From the human T2T-CHM13v2.0 reference genome, Homo sapiens: a DNA stretch of 64,000 nucleotides. The stretch's first letter is position 1. Every line of letters starts with the position of its first letter. This document shows positions 1 through 14,659 of the stretch, one piece after another. The notes under the pieces were generated by a model. It was not told the origin of the DNA and ran no database searches. It saw nothing but the letters and a program-made list of their open reading frames with translations. The stretch lies in assembly GCF_009914755.1 (NCBI RefSeq), contig NC_060925.1. One strand, 5' to 3'. The position numbers and the translations under genes were made by a program.

Positions 1-1040
1 TCTCACTAGCTATTCCTTGTCCACTCCTTTACTGGTTCTTCCTCCTCCCCCCAAACTTTTAAGTGTTAGAGTGTTCCAGGATTTAATCTTCTGCCCTCTT
101 GTCTCCTCTAGTTGTATTATTCCTAAACCTATTATGTGAAATACTGTCTTTATGCTATCTCCAGCCATAAACTTTCCCTTGAACTGCAGACTCTCGTCCA
201 CCTCTCTACTGAATTCTCCCATATCTAATGATTAGCTCTAACCTAACAGGAACAGCCCTGCATCTCTGATCTTAGTAAATGGTGTCACCTTTCCCTTAGA
301 CCAAAAACCCTAAGACGACTCACATCGCATGTCAGTAAGTCCTGTCAGCTCCATCTTTATAAATAAATCCTTTGTCTGTCTGCTTCTCATCACTTCTGTT
401 ATTACCACCTTTAAGTCACCATCATCTCTTTTCTGGACTGCTGCAACAGCCCTTCTAATTGGTCTGTCTTCAGCTGTTCTTGTCTCCCTTTGATCTCTTC
501 ACCATTCAGCAGGACCTTTTTCAAACAAATCACTTCATTCTCCTGTTGTTCTCTCATTGTTCTCCATTAGACCTAAAATTTAAACTATGGGTTATAAGGC
601 CCTCTGTGGGTGGGCCCTCTTCCACCCCTCCATCATTATCTCCTGCTATTTTAACCTCACTTATTCTTAGCCCCCACTGACCTTGCTGTTGTTTCCAACT
701 TGCCTTTTTATACTTGCCATTTTCCTCTGCCTGGGATGCTTTCCTCCAGGATTTTTACATGACTTGCTTCTTTGTATCAGTCAGGTTTTCAATAGCTGCC
801 ATGTCTTCAAAGAAGCTTTCCCTAACCAGTCTTAATGATGGCATACTCTATTCCCTTGTCCTGCTTTATTTTCTTCACAGTAGTTATCATTAGCCGATTG
901 ATTGTTTACTTGCTCATTGTCTGTCTCCACCACTAGAAATTACACCCCATAAGGGCAAAAAGGCTTTGAGTCATTCTGTGCCTTTACTGCCTTATGGCAG
1001 ACATTCAGTAAATATTTGTCAAATAAGTTGAAAGAATGAG
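1..1040 (+). mobile_element. LINE-2 3' portion (degenerate)
   Basis: Pyrimidine-rich L2-type sequence ending in an L2 3' terminus-like string (cagacattcagtaaatatttgtcaaataagttgaaagaatga). Boundaries approximate. Confidence 0.7.
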
Positions 1041-1271
1041 CACTCTAAAACTGCATTGCATAAGTCCCTCCCTTTTTCATAGTCTAGTCTTGTTTCCCTT
1101 ACCCCCCCACCACCACCTCCCCGCAACACCATCTTTCCCTATTTTAATATTCAAGCCCTTAATTCTTTGTTTTTGTTTCCATGAGTGGAAACTTGATACA
1201 CTGGGAGGTTTACAGGTAGCAGAAGTATGTTACAATTTCATAAGTACTTTGATCTACCCCATTTTGCTAAG

Positions 1272-1493
1272 GCGATTTGTGTGGAACTTCTTCCGCCTGG
1301 AGAATGAACATCTGAATAACTGTGGTGAATTCCGTGCTGTGCGGGACATCTCTGTGGCCCCCCTGAACGCAGATGATCAGACTCTCCTAGAACAGATGAT
1401 GGACCAGGATGATGGGGTACGAAACCGCCAGAAGAATCGGTCATGGAAGTACAACCAGAGCATATCCCTGCGCCGGCCTCGCCTCGCTTCTCA
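1272..1493 (+). CDS. XPR1: XPR1 penultimate coding exon (222 bp): end of EXS domain and cytoplasmic C-tail
   Basis: AG at 1270-1271 and GTATGT donor at 1494. Encodes (R)[36 protein letters not shown]...RRPRLAS(Q), which I recognise as XPR1 residues ~603-677. Confidence 0.98.
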
Positions 1494-1819
1494 GTATGTA
1501 TGGCTTCTACTTCTGTGAGGCATATTTCCTTTGAGTTTTAGCATTGGGTAGCACGTAAGCTAAAAAGCTATCAGGTTGAACCAAATGAAATTGCCAATAC
1601 TCAGCCATTTTTCACCTACAAAAAAACAGTAATAAGCAGCAATTCCATATGATACAACCTATGACTGTCTAAATGAGCACATAGAGTAAATGTCATCAAT
1701 GCATAACCTAGTAATTTGGCACTAAAGATCCACTGTCTGGAGGAAAAGGTTGTTGGAGAGTGATTTATTAATACTTGACTCTTCTGTGTGTTGTGTATGC
1801 AAATAATTTTTATGTTATA

Positions 1820-2010
1820 AACTTTAGGAATCCTGCCATCTATGCCTTGACCAAATGACTTAATTTCTGTTTTCTGCCCCCATCTGTAAATTGAAATTAA
1901 TATGGTTCTTGCTTATAGGGAGGTTAAGTGGATTATATTCATTATTACATAGAACTTGGACCAGTTCCCTCACAGAAAGAGCCTACTAAGAATAAACTAT
2001 TACTATTTTT
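1820..2010. mobile_element. MIR fragment
   Basis: MIR core-like ttgaccaaatgacttaatttctgttttctgcccccatctgtaaattgaaa. Boundaries approximate. Confidence 0.55.
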
Positions 2011-2089
2011 ATCTTCTTATTAAATACCTACAACAATATTTTTATCAGTCATTGACTACGTATGTTGCTAAAAGTTACCATAAATGTAC

Positions 2090-3270
<1,181 letters not shown>

Positions 3271-3296
3271 TGAAGTCTAATTATCCTTGTTAGTTA

Positions 3297-3309
3297 CCAG
3301 CAGAGGGCA
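3297..3309 (+). promoter_or_regulatory. Candidate CTCF site (forward)
   Basis: CCAGCAGAGGGCA matches the CTCF core CCASYAGRKGGCR in unique intronic sequence. Confidence 0.5.
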
Positions 3310-3480
3310 ATCTAAACATATACTATTTCTGCTTAAAGAAGGGGCTCTTTGGCAATAGATTATTCTGTTCCATTTCAGGTGTTTAACGGAGAAACTCTGG
3401 GAAACCAGATTGCACCAAGAGTAAGACATTAGGAATGGAACAGTTGGTGTACAGCGGAGAGAGCAGGGAATCCAAAATAA

Positions 3481-3851
<371 letters not shown>

Positions 3852-4144
3852 ACCTGATTTTATTGTTGGTATTTATAGTGGTAAATGGTTTATGTTGGGC
3901 TGAAATGTGCTTCACTGTAATTTCACTATAACTTTAACAATTTGATCCTATTTGGGCTCTCTCACATAACTTATAATGAGTCTCCTCCCTCTTCTGCATT
4001 GTATGTTGTCAACTCTTTGAAGAGAAATAACTGTTATGCCTCTCCTTAGGTCTTCTCTTCTGCTGGCTAACTCTTTTGGTTTCTCATGTATGCCTCAAGT
4101 GGTGTTTTATCTTATCCTCATCATCCTTATCACAATTTCTTATA

Positions 4145-4450
4145 TTTGTTTTTTGGGGGTTGGTTGTTTTTTTTTGGAGACATGGTCTCAGTCTGTCACC
4201 TAGGCTGGAGTGCAGTGGTGTGATCATACCTTACTGCAGCCTTGAACTCCTGGGCTGAAATGATCCTCCTTCCTCAGCTTCCTGAGTAGCTGGGGCTACA
4301 GGTTTGCACTATCATACCTGGCTTTTTTTTTTTTTTTTTTTTTTTTAAGACAGGGTCTCACTGTGATGCTCAGACTGGTCTCAAACTGCCGGGCTAAGGC
4401 GATCCTCTTATGTCAGCCTCCCAAGGAGCTGGGATTACAGGAACCAGCCA
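4145..4450 (-). mobile_element. AluJ
   Basis: Diverged dimer with an expanded T linker at ~4323-4346. Confidence 0.88.
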
Positions 4451-4623
4451 GTTTCTTAAGTTTGTTTAATGCTTTTTTCATCCATGTTCTCACTTGATAT
4501 GCATACTGTCTCCATGAGGTGAAAGTGGTATTCAGTGAAATCGGTGTTACCATTCCTGCCTTACAGAGATGGAAACGGGCACTCAAAGGGTTAAATAGAT
4601 GCATCATAAAATCAAAGTCAGGT

Positions 4624-4922
<299 letters not shown>

Positions 4923-5203
4923 TCAAAGTCAGTACTCAAACCCAGATCACTACCTTCTGCGTTGCACATACCCTGCCATTGTTCTTGTTACCTTCCTCTG
5001 GTTGTGATCTAGTTTCTTAGTGTTTTTCCAATAGTATCTGAAATTGAATAGGAAACTCTAGAATAATCCGTCTGGTACAGCAGATAGTCCCTGTTTAGGA
5101 TGTATGTTTAATGATGGTAAGACTGGAAATGTGTCTAATACTGTGAAAGTGTTTATATTTGGGTAATGGACTAAGTGCTTTTTGTCCCCCTTGTTACCAC
5201 TAG

Positions 5204-5264
5204 ATCCAAGGCTCGTGACACTAAGGTATTGATAGAAGACACAGATGATGAAGCTAACACTTGA
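5204..5264 (+). CDS. XPR1: XPR1 last coding exon
   Basis: Polypyrimidine tract and TAG acceptor at 5201-5203. CA|A completes Gln, then SKARDTKVLIEDTDDEANT and TGA (5262-5264), the XPR1 C-terminus. Confidence 0.98.
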
Positions 5265-7545
5265 ATTTTCTGAAGTCTAGCTTAACATCTTTGGTTTTCC
5301 TACTCTACAATCCTTTCCTCGACCAACGCAACCTCTAGTACCTTTCCAGCCGAAAACAGGAGAAAACACATAACACATTTTCCGAGCTCTTCCGGATCGG
5401 ATCCTATGGACTCCAAACAAGCTCACTGTGTTTCTTTTCTTTTCTTCTGGTTTAATTTTAATTTTCTATTTTCAAAACAAATATTTACTTCATTTGCCAA
5501 TCAGAGGATGTTTTAAGAAACAAAACATAGTATCTTATGGATTGTTTACAATCACAAGGACATAGATACCTATCAGGATGAAGAACAGGCATTGCAAGGA
5601 CCCTCTGATGGGACGGTACTGAGATATCTCGGCTTCCGCTCAGCCCGGTTTTGACTGGTTGAAACCGGACATTGGTTTTTAAATTTTTTGTCAGTTTATG
5701 TGGAGAATTTTTTTCTTTCCTTCATACCCAGCGCAAAGGCACTGGCCGCACTTGCAGGAAAAGTGCAACTTAAAGCAGTACCTTCATTCATGAAGCTACT
5801 TTTTAATTTGATGTAACTTTTCTTATTTTGGGAAGGGTTGCTGGGTGGGTGGGAAATATGATGTATTTGTTACACATAGTTTTCTCATTATTTATGAAAC
5901 TTAACCATACAGAATGATATAACTCCTGTGCAATGAAGGTGATAACAGTAAAAGAAGGCAGGGGAAACTTACGTTGGATGACATTTATGAGGGTCAGTCC
6001 CACATACCTCTTTCAGGAGACAACTTGCACCAGTTTGACCTTTTCTTTTCTTTGTTTTTATTTTAAGCCAAAGTTTCATTGCTAACTTCTTAAGTTGCTG
6101 CTGCTTTAGAGTCCTGAGCATATCTCTCGTAACAAGGAATCCCACACTTCACACCACCGGCTGAATTTCATGGAAGAGGTTCTGATAATTTTTTTAACTT
6201 TTTAAGGAACAGATGTGGAATACACTGGCCCATATTTCAACCTTAACAGCTGAAGCTATGCCTTATTATGCATCCACATGTATGGTCCCTGTAGCGTGAC
6301 CTTTACTAGCTCTGAATCAGAAGACAGAGCTATTTCAGAGGCTCTGTGTGCCCTCACTAGATAGTTTTTCTTCTGGGTTCAACCACTTTAGCCAGAATTT
6401 GATCAAATTAAAAGTCTGTCATGGGGAAACTATATTTTTGAGCACATGGAACAAATTATACTTCCTCATTCATATTATGTTGATACAAAAGACCTTGGCA
6501 GCCATTTCTCCCAGCAGTTTTAAAGGATGAACATTGGATTTCATGCCATCCCATAGAAAACCTGTTTTAAAATTTTAGGGATCTTTACTTGGTCATACAT
6601 GAAAAGTACACTGCTTAGAAATTATAGACTATTATGATCTGTCCACAGTGCCCATTGTCACTTCTTTGTCTCATTTCTTCCCTTTGTTCCTTAGTCATCC
6701 AAATAAGCCTGAAAACCATAAGAGATATTACTTTATTGAATATGGTTGGCATTAAATTTAGCATTTCATTATCTAACAAAATTAATATAAATTCCAGGAC
6801 ATGGTAAAATGTGTTTTAATAACCCCCAGACCCAAATGAAAATTTCAAAGTCAATACCAGCAGATTCATGAAAGTAAATTTAGTCCTATAATTTTCAGCT
6901 TAATTATAAACAAAGGAACAAATAAGTGGAAGGGCAGCTATTACCATTCGCTTAGTCAAAACATTCGGTTACTGCCCTTTAATACACTCCTATCATCAGC
7001 ACTTCCACCATGTATTACAAGTCTTGACCCATCCCTGTCGTAACTCCAGTAAAAGTTACTGTTACTAGAAAATTTTTATCAATTAACTGACAAATAGTTT
7101 CTTTTTAAAGTAGTTTCTTCCATCTTTATTCTGACTAGCTTCCAAAATGTGTTCCCTTTTTGAATCGAGGTTTTTTTGTTTTGTTTTGTTTTCTGAAAAA
7201 ATCATACAACTTTGTGCTTCTATTGCTTTTTTGTGTTTTGTTAAGCATGTCCCTTGGCCCAAATGGAAGAGGAAATGTTTAATTAATGCTTTTTAGTTTA
7301 AATAAATTGAATCATTTATAATAATCAGTGTTAACAATTTAGTGACCCTTGGTAGGTTAAAGGTTGCATTATTTATACTTGAGATTTTTTTCCCCTAACT
7401 ATTCTGTTTTTTGTACTTTAAAACTATGGGGGAAATATCACTGGTCTGTCAAGAAACAGCAGTAATTATTACTGAGTTAAATTGAAAAGTCCAGTGGACC
7501 AGGCATTTCTTATATAAATAAAATTGGTGGTACTAATGTGTATCC
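5265..7545 (+). other. XPR1: XPR1 3' UTR (proximal form; longer forms probably extend to ~8.6-11.5 kb)
   Basis: Repeat-free AT/U-rich sequence after the stop codon, with AATAAA hexamers at 7301 and 7517. The distal end cannot be fixed from sequence alone. Confidence 0.8.
7517..7522 (+). terminator. Polyadenylation signal AATAAA (proximal XPR1 PAS candidate)
   Basis: AATAAA with U-rich upstream and GT/T-rich downstream context. A second AATAAA lies at 7301-7306. Confidence 0.6.
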
Positions 7546-8089
7546 AGAGACATTTGAATTATTAGCTTTATTCTTTATTAGTGAATCTCTATGATGGCAC
7601 ACATAAAATCTTACAGTTGACTTCTGCTGTTTGAATTCCCCAGTGTTTTTACATTAATGTATCCTATGGCCAGTTTAGTCTTTCTTCAACTGTTACAGTT
7701 CTAGGCCCTAATCGGTCTTATTCTTTCACATATGATGCAATGATAGATGTAATCCTTTTCTGAAGTGTTTGTCGGATTGGCATAGTCTATTCAAAAATAA
7801 GGCTTATGTAACTTTCAGCTTGCTATGTGACAGAAGTTTAAATGTGTATTTAAGTACACAGCTTTATGTTCCTCTTAAAGCTGTAAAGAGAAAAGAGGAC
7901 TTTTCCTCATCAAGAGAGCTTGGGAGACAAAGCATACATTTAATTTTTTTCTTTCAAAAAAGGCAATGTGCACTTTCCTCTCCTAAATTTTATATGCCCT
8001 AGCAGTTGCGAATGTTGTGTCCACCTTACAATTTGATTGGAGGCTCCCATACACTGAAACTCTCAATAGAATTCTTAAAAATGAACATC

Positions 8090-8395
<306 letters not shown>

Positions 8396-8542
8396 TCACA
8401 GACTCATTTTAAAGGAGCAGCAACCTAACCAAATACAAACTTCATTTGATTTTAGGTTTAGAAATTCTAGTTTTATTTTGGAGAATCACTCAGTTTTTAA
8501 TATCAATTAAAATAGTCCTCAAAGGAATGAAGAGGAAGTCTA

Positions 8543-8556
8543 AATAAATGAATAAA
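8543..8556 (+). terminator. Tandem AATAAA hexamers (distal PAS candidate)
   Basis: aataaatgaataaa followed by T-rich sequence. Confidence 0.4.
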
Positions 8557-11500
8557 ACTCATTTTTCATTTTATGGTAGTATAGAAAGCATTGATGTGTG
8601 TAGAGAAATTAAAAGACAAGAGTGGTTTACTGTCTATGCACAAATGAGTGCCTATATTTAAGGCTGCCTATACCATTACAGTGGCGTAATTGGTGATTTC
8701 ATAGCATACAGAGAAACAATGAAATCAAAGATTAAATCATTAGGTTATGATGGTCATTTGTAAGATTGGAAAGTAGTCAAAAACCCATGTGCAACTTTTT
8801 TTCAGCACTCTACCATTAGGCTCCTTAGGCAAGCTGCTTAACTTCCGTCAGAAGCAAAGGTGTGGGAGAACACCATTCACCTCAGTAGTAACTTATAAAA
8901 ACCGTTTAAAGAAGGAAAATGGGCCCCAGCCCCTAGGATCCCTGACTTCCTGATATTCTAAACATGAGAGTTCTGTGACTTTAACTGAGCTCTTTACCAG
9001 AAGTAACGTGTTGATGTATATTATCTTTCCACCATGCTTTGACCAAAGTACATTCACAGTAACTAGAGAAAGCAGATCATCCATTTCTGGATAGGTGAAC
9101 TACGGCAAGGTAAGAACAGAAAAAAGTAAAGTAGTATTGAGTCATGCAGGTATCAGATTAACAGACATTCATTGAAGATAAGTGAAATAACTTTGGAGAT
9201 AGCAGAGAAGAGCAAGAAGATGTTGGACGTTGGCAGTAAGCCGCAGCAAGGCAGTTAGGAAAGTACGTGAGCCTGATGACGCGAAGGTGATGCCTCCATC
9301 TGTCCGCTTAGTGGTTATTAAATTGCTGGGAAAGACCTGCCTTTATTTTCCTATCATCTTTTCCCCATTACTTTGCATTATTCAGGAAATAATTATTTAT
9401 TCCCAAATGCAGTTTTCTAAGCAGTGACCACAAAAATTTCTTATTCTAAGGAAAATAATTAAGAAAATAACCCTATCTGTGGCATTGTTTTAAAATGTGG
9501 GATACAAATCTGGTAAGCAGATTTCAGGTCATTATTGTTTTCTTTTAATGGTTTACATGAAATTTTCCTCTCAAAAAACAAGTACCTCTTACTGTATAAC
9601 ATTTGAGTTTTTAAAATTGAGATAGCTTCTGAGAGAAAAAAAGAAAGTTGAATTTGTAGCTCTCTCAACTACAAAATCACCACACTTTTCTCAAATCTAA
9701 TAGGAATTCAGTGTCATTACAGATACGGTCTCTAGTGACCAGGTGAAGACAATTGAAGCTTTGGTAGAACTTCTGCAAAAGTTAGGTAAAGAAGAATAAA
9801 TCCAATTTATCAGCTTTGTTCATATTCTTTTTCTGAGTGATCTAAATTTTTCTTGCTTGTGATCATTAGCTAAGACAAGGAGTGTTAAAGGTTTTCTAAA
9901 TGCAAACACATACGTTTCTGCATTTCAGAAGTCAGTCTTGATAGTAAATCCTACAAACTCTCAACTTTCTGCATTGTATTTTAAGTCTATACAATGTTAG
10001 AGCACATGGTAATGTGGGACAGAGTTGATTATATGATAGCATGAGAAATTTGCACTGGTTGGTGTTACAAACCAATGATCTAACCAGCATACTCTCCAAA
10101 TATGAAAAAGTAAAAACATCTCATTAGGTTTGGAAGAGCCTAAGGTAGTCCATACAGGAAGTTTGCCTGAGAACAGAGAGGAGCCTGTTGATTGGCATGG
10201 CTCATGATGCCTTTCTTGTATGAATTATCAAAACTGATACTGAGTTGCCCCTAGAAAACAGCCTTCCAGAATATGTTTGCTTATTTATGGTGGAAGAGGA
10301 AGTGAGAACAAGATGAGAGTTTCCCTTAAAGTGAGGAGAATCATTATACAACTTTGCAACTGAAGTATGTTTCCTTGTAGCAAACCTTTGGTTTATTTTA
10401 TCGTCAAATCAAAGCCACCCTCAGTTTTTTGTATGGTGCCATCAACCTAAGGAGGACAATCAAATAACCTATTGTTTGCCTTGGATTCAGTATATCTACT
10501 AAGTACACAGTCTCGTATACCTTCAAACCAGTTACTTGACTAAACTTCCACCATATTACCTTAGTTCTTCCTATGCCCTTTCCTCTGTGCCACCACAAAT
10601 CAGAGGGAAAGACTGCAGTACTTCTAGAAAGTTGTGGACTTCTAAGAAAGAGCCAGGCTTCCATCTCACTATCCCTTGATCATTATCTCTGAAGTCCCTA
10701 CCTGCACTTCCCTGATTGCCCTGTAGCAACACCAGCATGGTGGGAATTGGAGGGAAAGATTGTGGAAAATCCCTAAAGGGTCATTGTTCATGACGTTATT
10801 TTGAATTGTAAAATTGTGAGCCACTCACATTTCAATTACAAAAAGAACAGAACTCTTAATCACGTTGTGAAGATTAATTTCTTGCCATTTTCTGGATTAG
10901 CACAGAAGCTTGTATCAATGAAGAGTATTTAGGAGGGGAATAGGGGGAAAATTGTATTTTTCTGTTCAAACTCTCTCCTTCTATTTGTGTTTCCTTCACC
11001 CCTCTCCCTCCACCACACTGTGTTGGTCAAATGATACTATTCTATGAAACCCTGAGCTATAGTTGTCAAAAGTAACTATGGATTGTGATTAGTCCTCTGT
11101 GGGTGCTTCCTTCCCTCTTTTTTCTCCCTCACTCTCTTTCTCAGTCTCCACTCTGGTAAATGGAAAAGGTGATGTCGAAGAATTGATGCTTGCTTGGACT
11201 CATGTTGTATCTGTGACTATGCTATTAGCTGTCTCCTTTTTCCTTCCTATATGGGTAGAATTCTTATGACTTATGAAGTTCCCTTCTTGATAAGTAGGTT
11301 AAATGCACAATGTGGTACTGTTTTATAGTTTCTAGATGGTTGTATAAAGCAAAAAGTTAATGTGGTTATGTGTTTTTAAAGAAAATAAGTGATTGGTCAC
11401 TAAACTCTGTCCTTTTTTCATTATTACAATTTCTCTCTGTTTTCCAACAGTTTGCTGACTCCTTTGTCACTGGTGAATGGTTTGTGTGACTGTTTTTCTC

Positions 11501-12391
11501 TCTTGGTTTCTTGAATTCCTGAACATAGTTCCCCTTAGGACTAATTTTCATATGGGGTTAGGGCAAACAGACTACAGTGGTGAAATTTTTAAACTATCCT
11601 ACTAAGTTAAAAGAAGTTTAAATGGCTTTTATCTTCAGGTAATATGTGAGGTGTGACTCTAAAGCAATGGGATTGTTGTAACAAATCTTTCTTTTACTCG
11701 CACAAAGAATCTCAAATATTACAAATATGAGGTGAAATGATGTGTCCAATTACATTTTGGAGAGGTGGACACTGCTATCACTGCATACCCATGCCCTGTG
11801 AGGGAACATAGGACTTTTCTGCAGAATTCCTGGACTAATTATTATTCCTTATATATATCTAGGAAAGATTACAAAATTAACTGACCCTAAGATGAATATA
11901 CCCACAATGCAAAGGGAAAAATAATTTATTGACTAAAGCATCAAAGCCTTTCATCTTACTTTGGTGCCACAAACTCTGTTATTACTATATTTCTGTGTAG
12001 GCTAAATCAGAATATGATAATATGGAGTTTCCAGGCCAAAGTCAAAGATAGGATATGAATATATAAGAATCACTAGATACTCAACACCACTTTTACAATT
12101 TGATAATACATACTCAACATTTGTATGCCTATAGTATTTTATATTTTTCCAAATATGTAGCATCTCAGAAATATGTAGATTAATGAGTCATCTCAGTTTG
12201 TTGAAGAGACAAAGACCTCACTAGAGCAGCAGTCCACAATCCCCGGTGGTTCTAGGAAGCCACTCTGTCTTGTATCCATCCTAGACATATCCAGAAGAAT
12301 CCTTAGAGTTTTAGTGACCTGCATCTTTATATGGATAACTTTTAGTCGATATTTTTTAAGGTTATGGGAATAATGACCTATTTTATACTTT

Positions 12392-12502
12392 ATTTCTTAA
12401 GAGATGGGGTCTTTTTCTATGTTGCCCAGGCTGGCCTCAAACTCCTGGGCACAAGTGATCCCCAAATAGCTGGGAGTACAGGCATGCACCACCATGCCTG
12501 GC
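12392..12502 (-). mobile_element. FLAM-type free Alu monomer
   Basis: Single left-arm-like monomer. TSD ttatacttt at 12383-12391 and 12503-12511. Confidence 0.8.
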
Positions 12503-14378
12503 TTATACTTTTTGATTGACTTCTTTTTCTAGTGTCCCACCTTTTCCCTTAGAAGAATTGTGGAGTTCCTGTATTCTTAAAAATTAATATGTGTTTATTG
12601 AGTATGTGTTAATCCTATCATATGCTAGGCATTACTTTAATACTTTTAGTTGAAGTTGGTTTTATTATCGTTAGTTTTATGGAGACAAGAAGGGAAAGGT
12701 GATAAAATTATTTCTAAACTACATACTTATCTGAAACCACTGCCAGAAAAGCTAGACCGTCCTCTTACTAGGTATCACTGCCTCAGGGTAATCTGAATTT
12801 TCTATCTCAAGTTAGAGATTACTCTTCACCCCTTCCCAAGCAGATATTAAAGTCTCTTATTCTGTTTTTTTCCTTTAAAAAGTATCAGATCTGTCAAGAG
12901 TTGTTTCTTCAGAATCTTCTATTGCCAAAAACTGTTCTTATAATCTATTTTATCATTCACTCACTTTGTCACTGATTAACATATTAGCACCAAAGTTCAA
13001 CCAATGCTTACCTTTATAAAATGAAAATTTCCCCTTATTTAAATAAATTTTATATTAATTGCTTAGCTGAATGGGAATGATAGTAATAGTATTCTGCCTT
13101 GCTCTACCTAGAGCACACCTATGGCTTCCATTCTACCTATGTGAATAATCAAAGTCAAGGTATGATATTTGGCGATACATGTACTATGCTACTCTGCTTC
13201 CTTATGGTCAGTTTCTAGGTTAAGGAGAAAACCAAGTAACTCAAGAGAACAGGCAGGTAACAGAAGAGAACCAAGGAGAAGCATATTAATACTAATTCCC
13301 AAACCCTCTCCCCTTTTACTAAATTTCAAATTATCATGTATTCTAAATATCACAATATTTTATGTTGTGTGGTTGAAGTAAACAAATTTGCTTATTTGTG
13401 GTTACTCAAAGCCTGTCTTCTGACTAGATGGGCCAATACAGTTTTTAAAGTTCAGTTAATCAGGGCTTTTGTATCCCTTTGGCAAGGAAATACACAAGAT
13501 AATTTAGAAACATCAGTTCTTCAAATATTATTCCTGTCGACTGTTGGATTTAAACTTTTTTTCTACACTTTCATAGATACCGTAGGAAATTTTAGCCCCT
13601 CCCTAGGCAGCCGTGGTCAAAAGACTTGCCGGGCTGGATGTGTGCCTGCTGCTAGCTATTGACCGTCCATGAGGACATAGCCTGGTTTCCTTCTGTGGCA
13701 ATGCCCTAGTCTTAACCAGCCTGCAACCCTAATAGGAACACAGTTCAGAGGAAAGGAGACATCCTTTTTCCAAAGGTGCTCCACTGTCAGCAGGAGGTCA
13801 CACAAAATCATATTGACTAAATGTTTTAATGCCTGGTAAATAGTTGGGGCCTAAGGAATATTTGTTAAACTGAAAGGTAACTTCAGGAGTCTATCAGTAG
13901 ATGAGCTGCTGAGTAAATTTAGGAGGTTATCAGCTTTTTTGATCAACTGCTGCCTCTAACTGGTGCTTCATCACTGGTGGACTTGCCAGGCTCCTCACTT
14001 TGATCCTTGTGTGAAGTCAGGTTGTTTGAAAACTTGATTCCAATGCTGCCCTCACCAGTACTGCAATAGCAGGTGCTTCTTCATTCTGTGGACTTTGTTT
14101 TATCCCAGGGTCAGTGTAATCACAGCTGACCCTTCCTGGCTGCTGCAGGGGAGACACATCTCACATTAGTGCATGTCGTGTGGTGCCCATCCCGTGTATA
14201 GAGGAGAAAAGTAACTGGCTCTGGACACCAACAATTACTGAACCTGGAGGAGGACCCAAATCTAACTAGCTCCGTAGCCCACATACTCTCTCCCTTGAAA
14301 AAAGAAGGAAGGGGGAATTTTTTTTTTTTTTTTTTTCCTGCTTGGCAGACAAGACTAGGAAGTGCCTTGTGAATTACT

Positions 14379-14381
<3 letters not shown>

Positions 14382-14415
<34 letters not shown>

Positions 14416-14659
14416 AAACGGAGTCTCGGCTCACTGCAGGCTCTGCCTCCCAGGTTCACACAATTCTCCTGCCTCAGCCTCCGAAGTAGCTGGGACTACA
14501 GGTGCCCGCCACCACGCCCGGCTAATTTTTTTGTATTTTTAGTAGAGATGGGGTTTCACCGTGTTAAGCCAGGATGGTCTCAATCTCCTGACCTCGTGAT
14601 CCGCCCACCTCGGCCTCCCAAAGTGCTGAGATTACAGGTGTGAGCCACTGCGCCCGGCC
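14382..14659 (-). mobile_element. AluY-type element with a ~38 bp internal deletion
   Basis: Long T tail. gagtctcggctcactgc joins two TCTCG repeats of the consensus. TSD-like gaattact on both sides. Confidence 0.9.

Noticed and set aside
1036-1271. N-terminal 79 codons of the 160 aa ORF
   Set aside because: Intronic. XPR1 similarity starts only after the AG at 1270-1271, and the ORF tail after 1493 is donor read-through.
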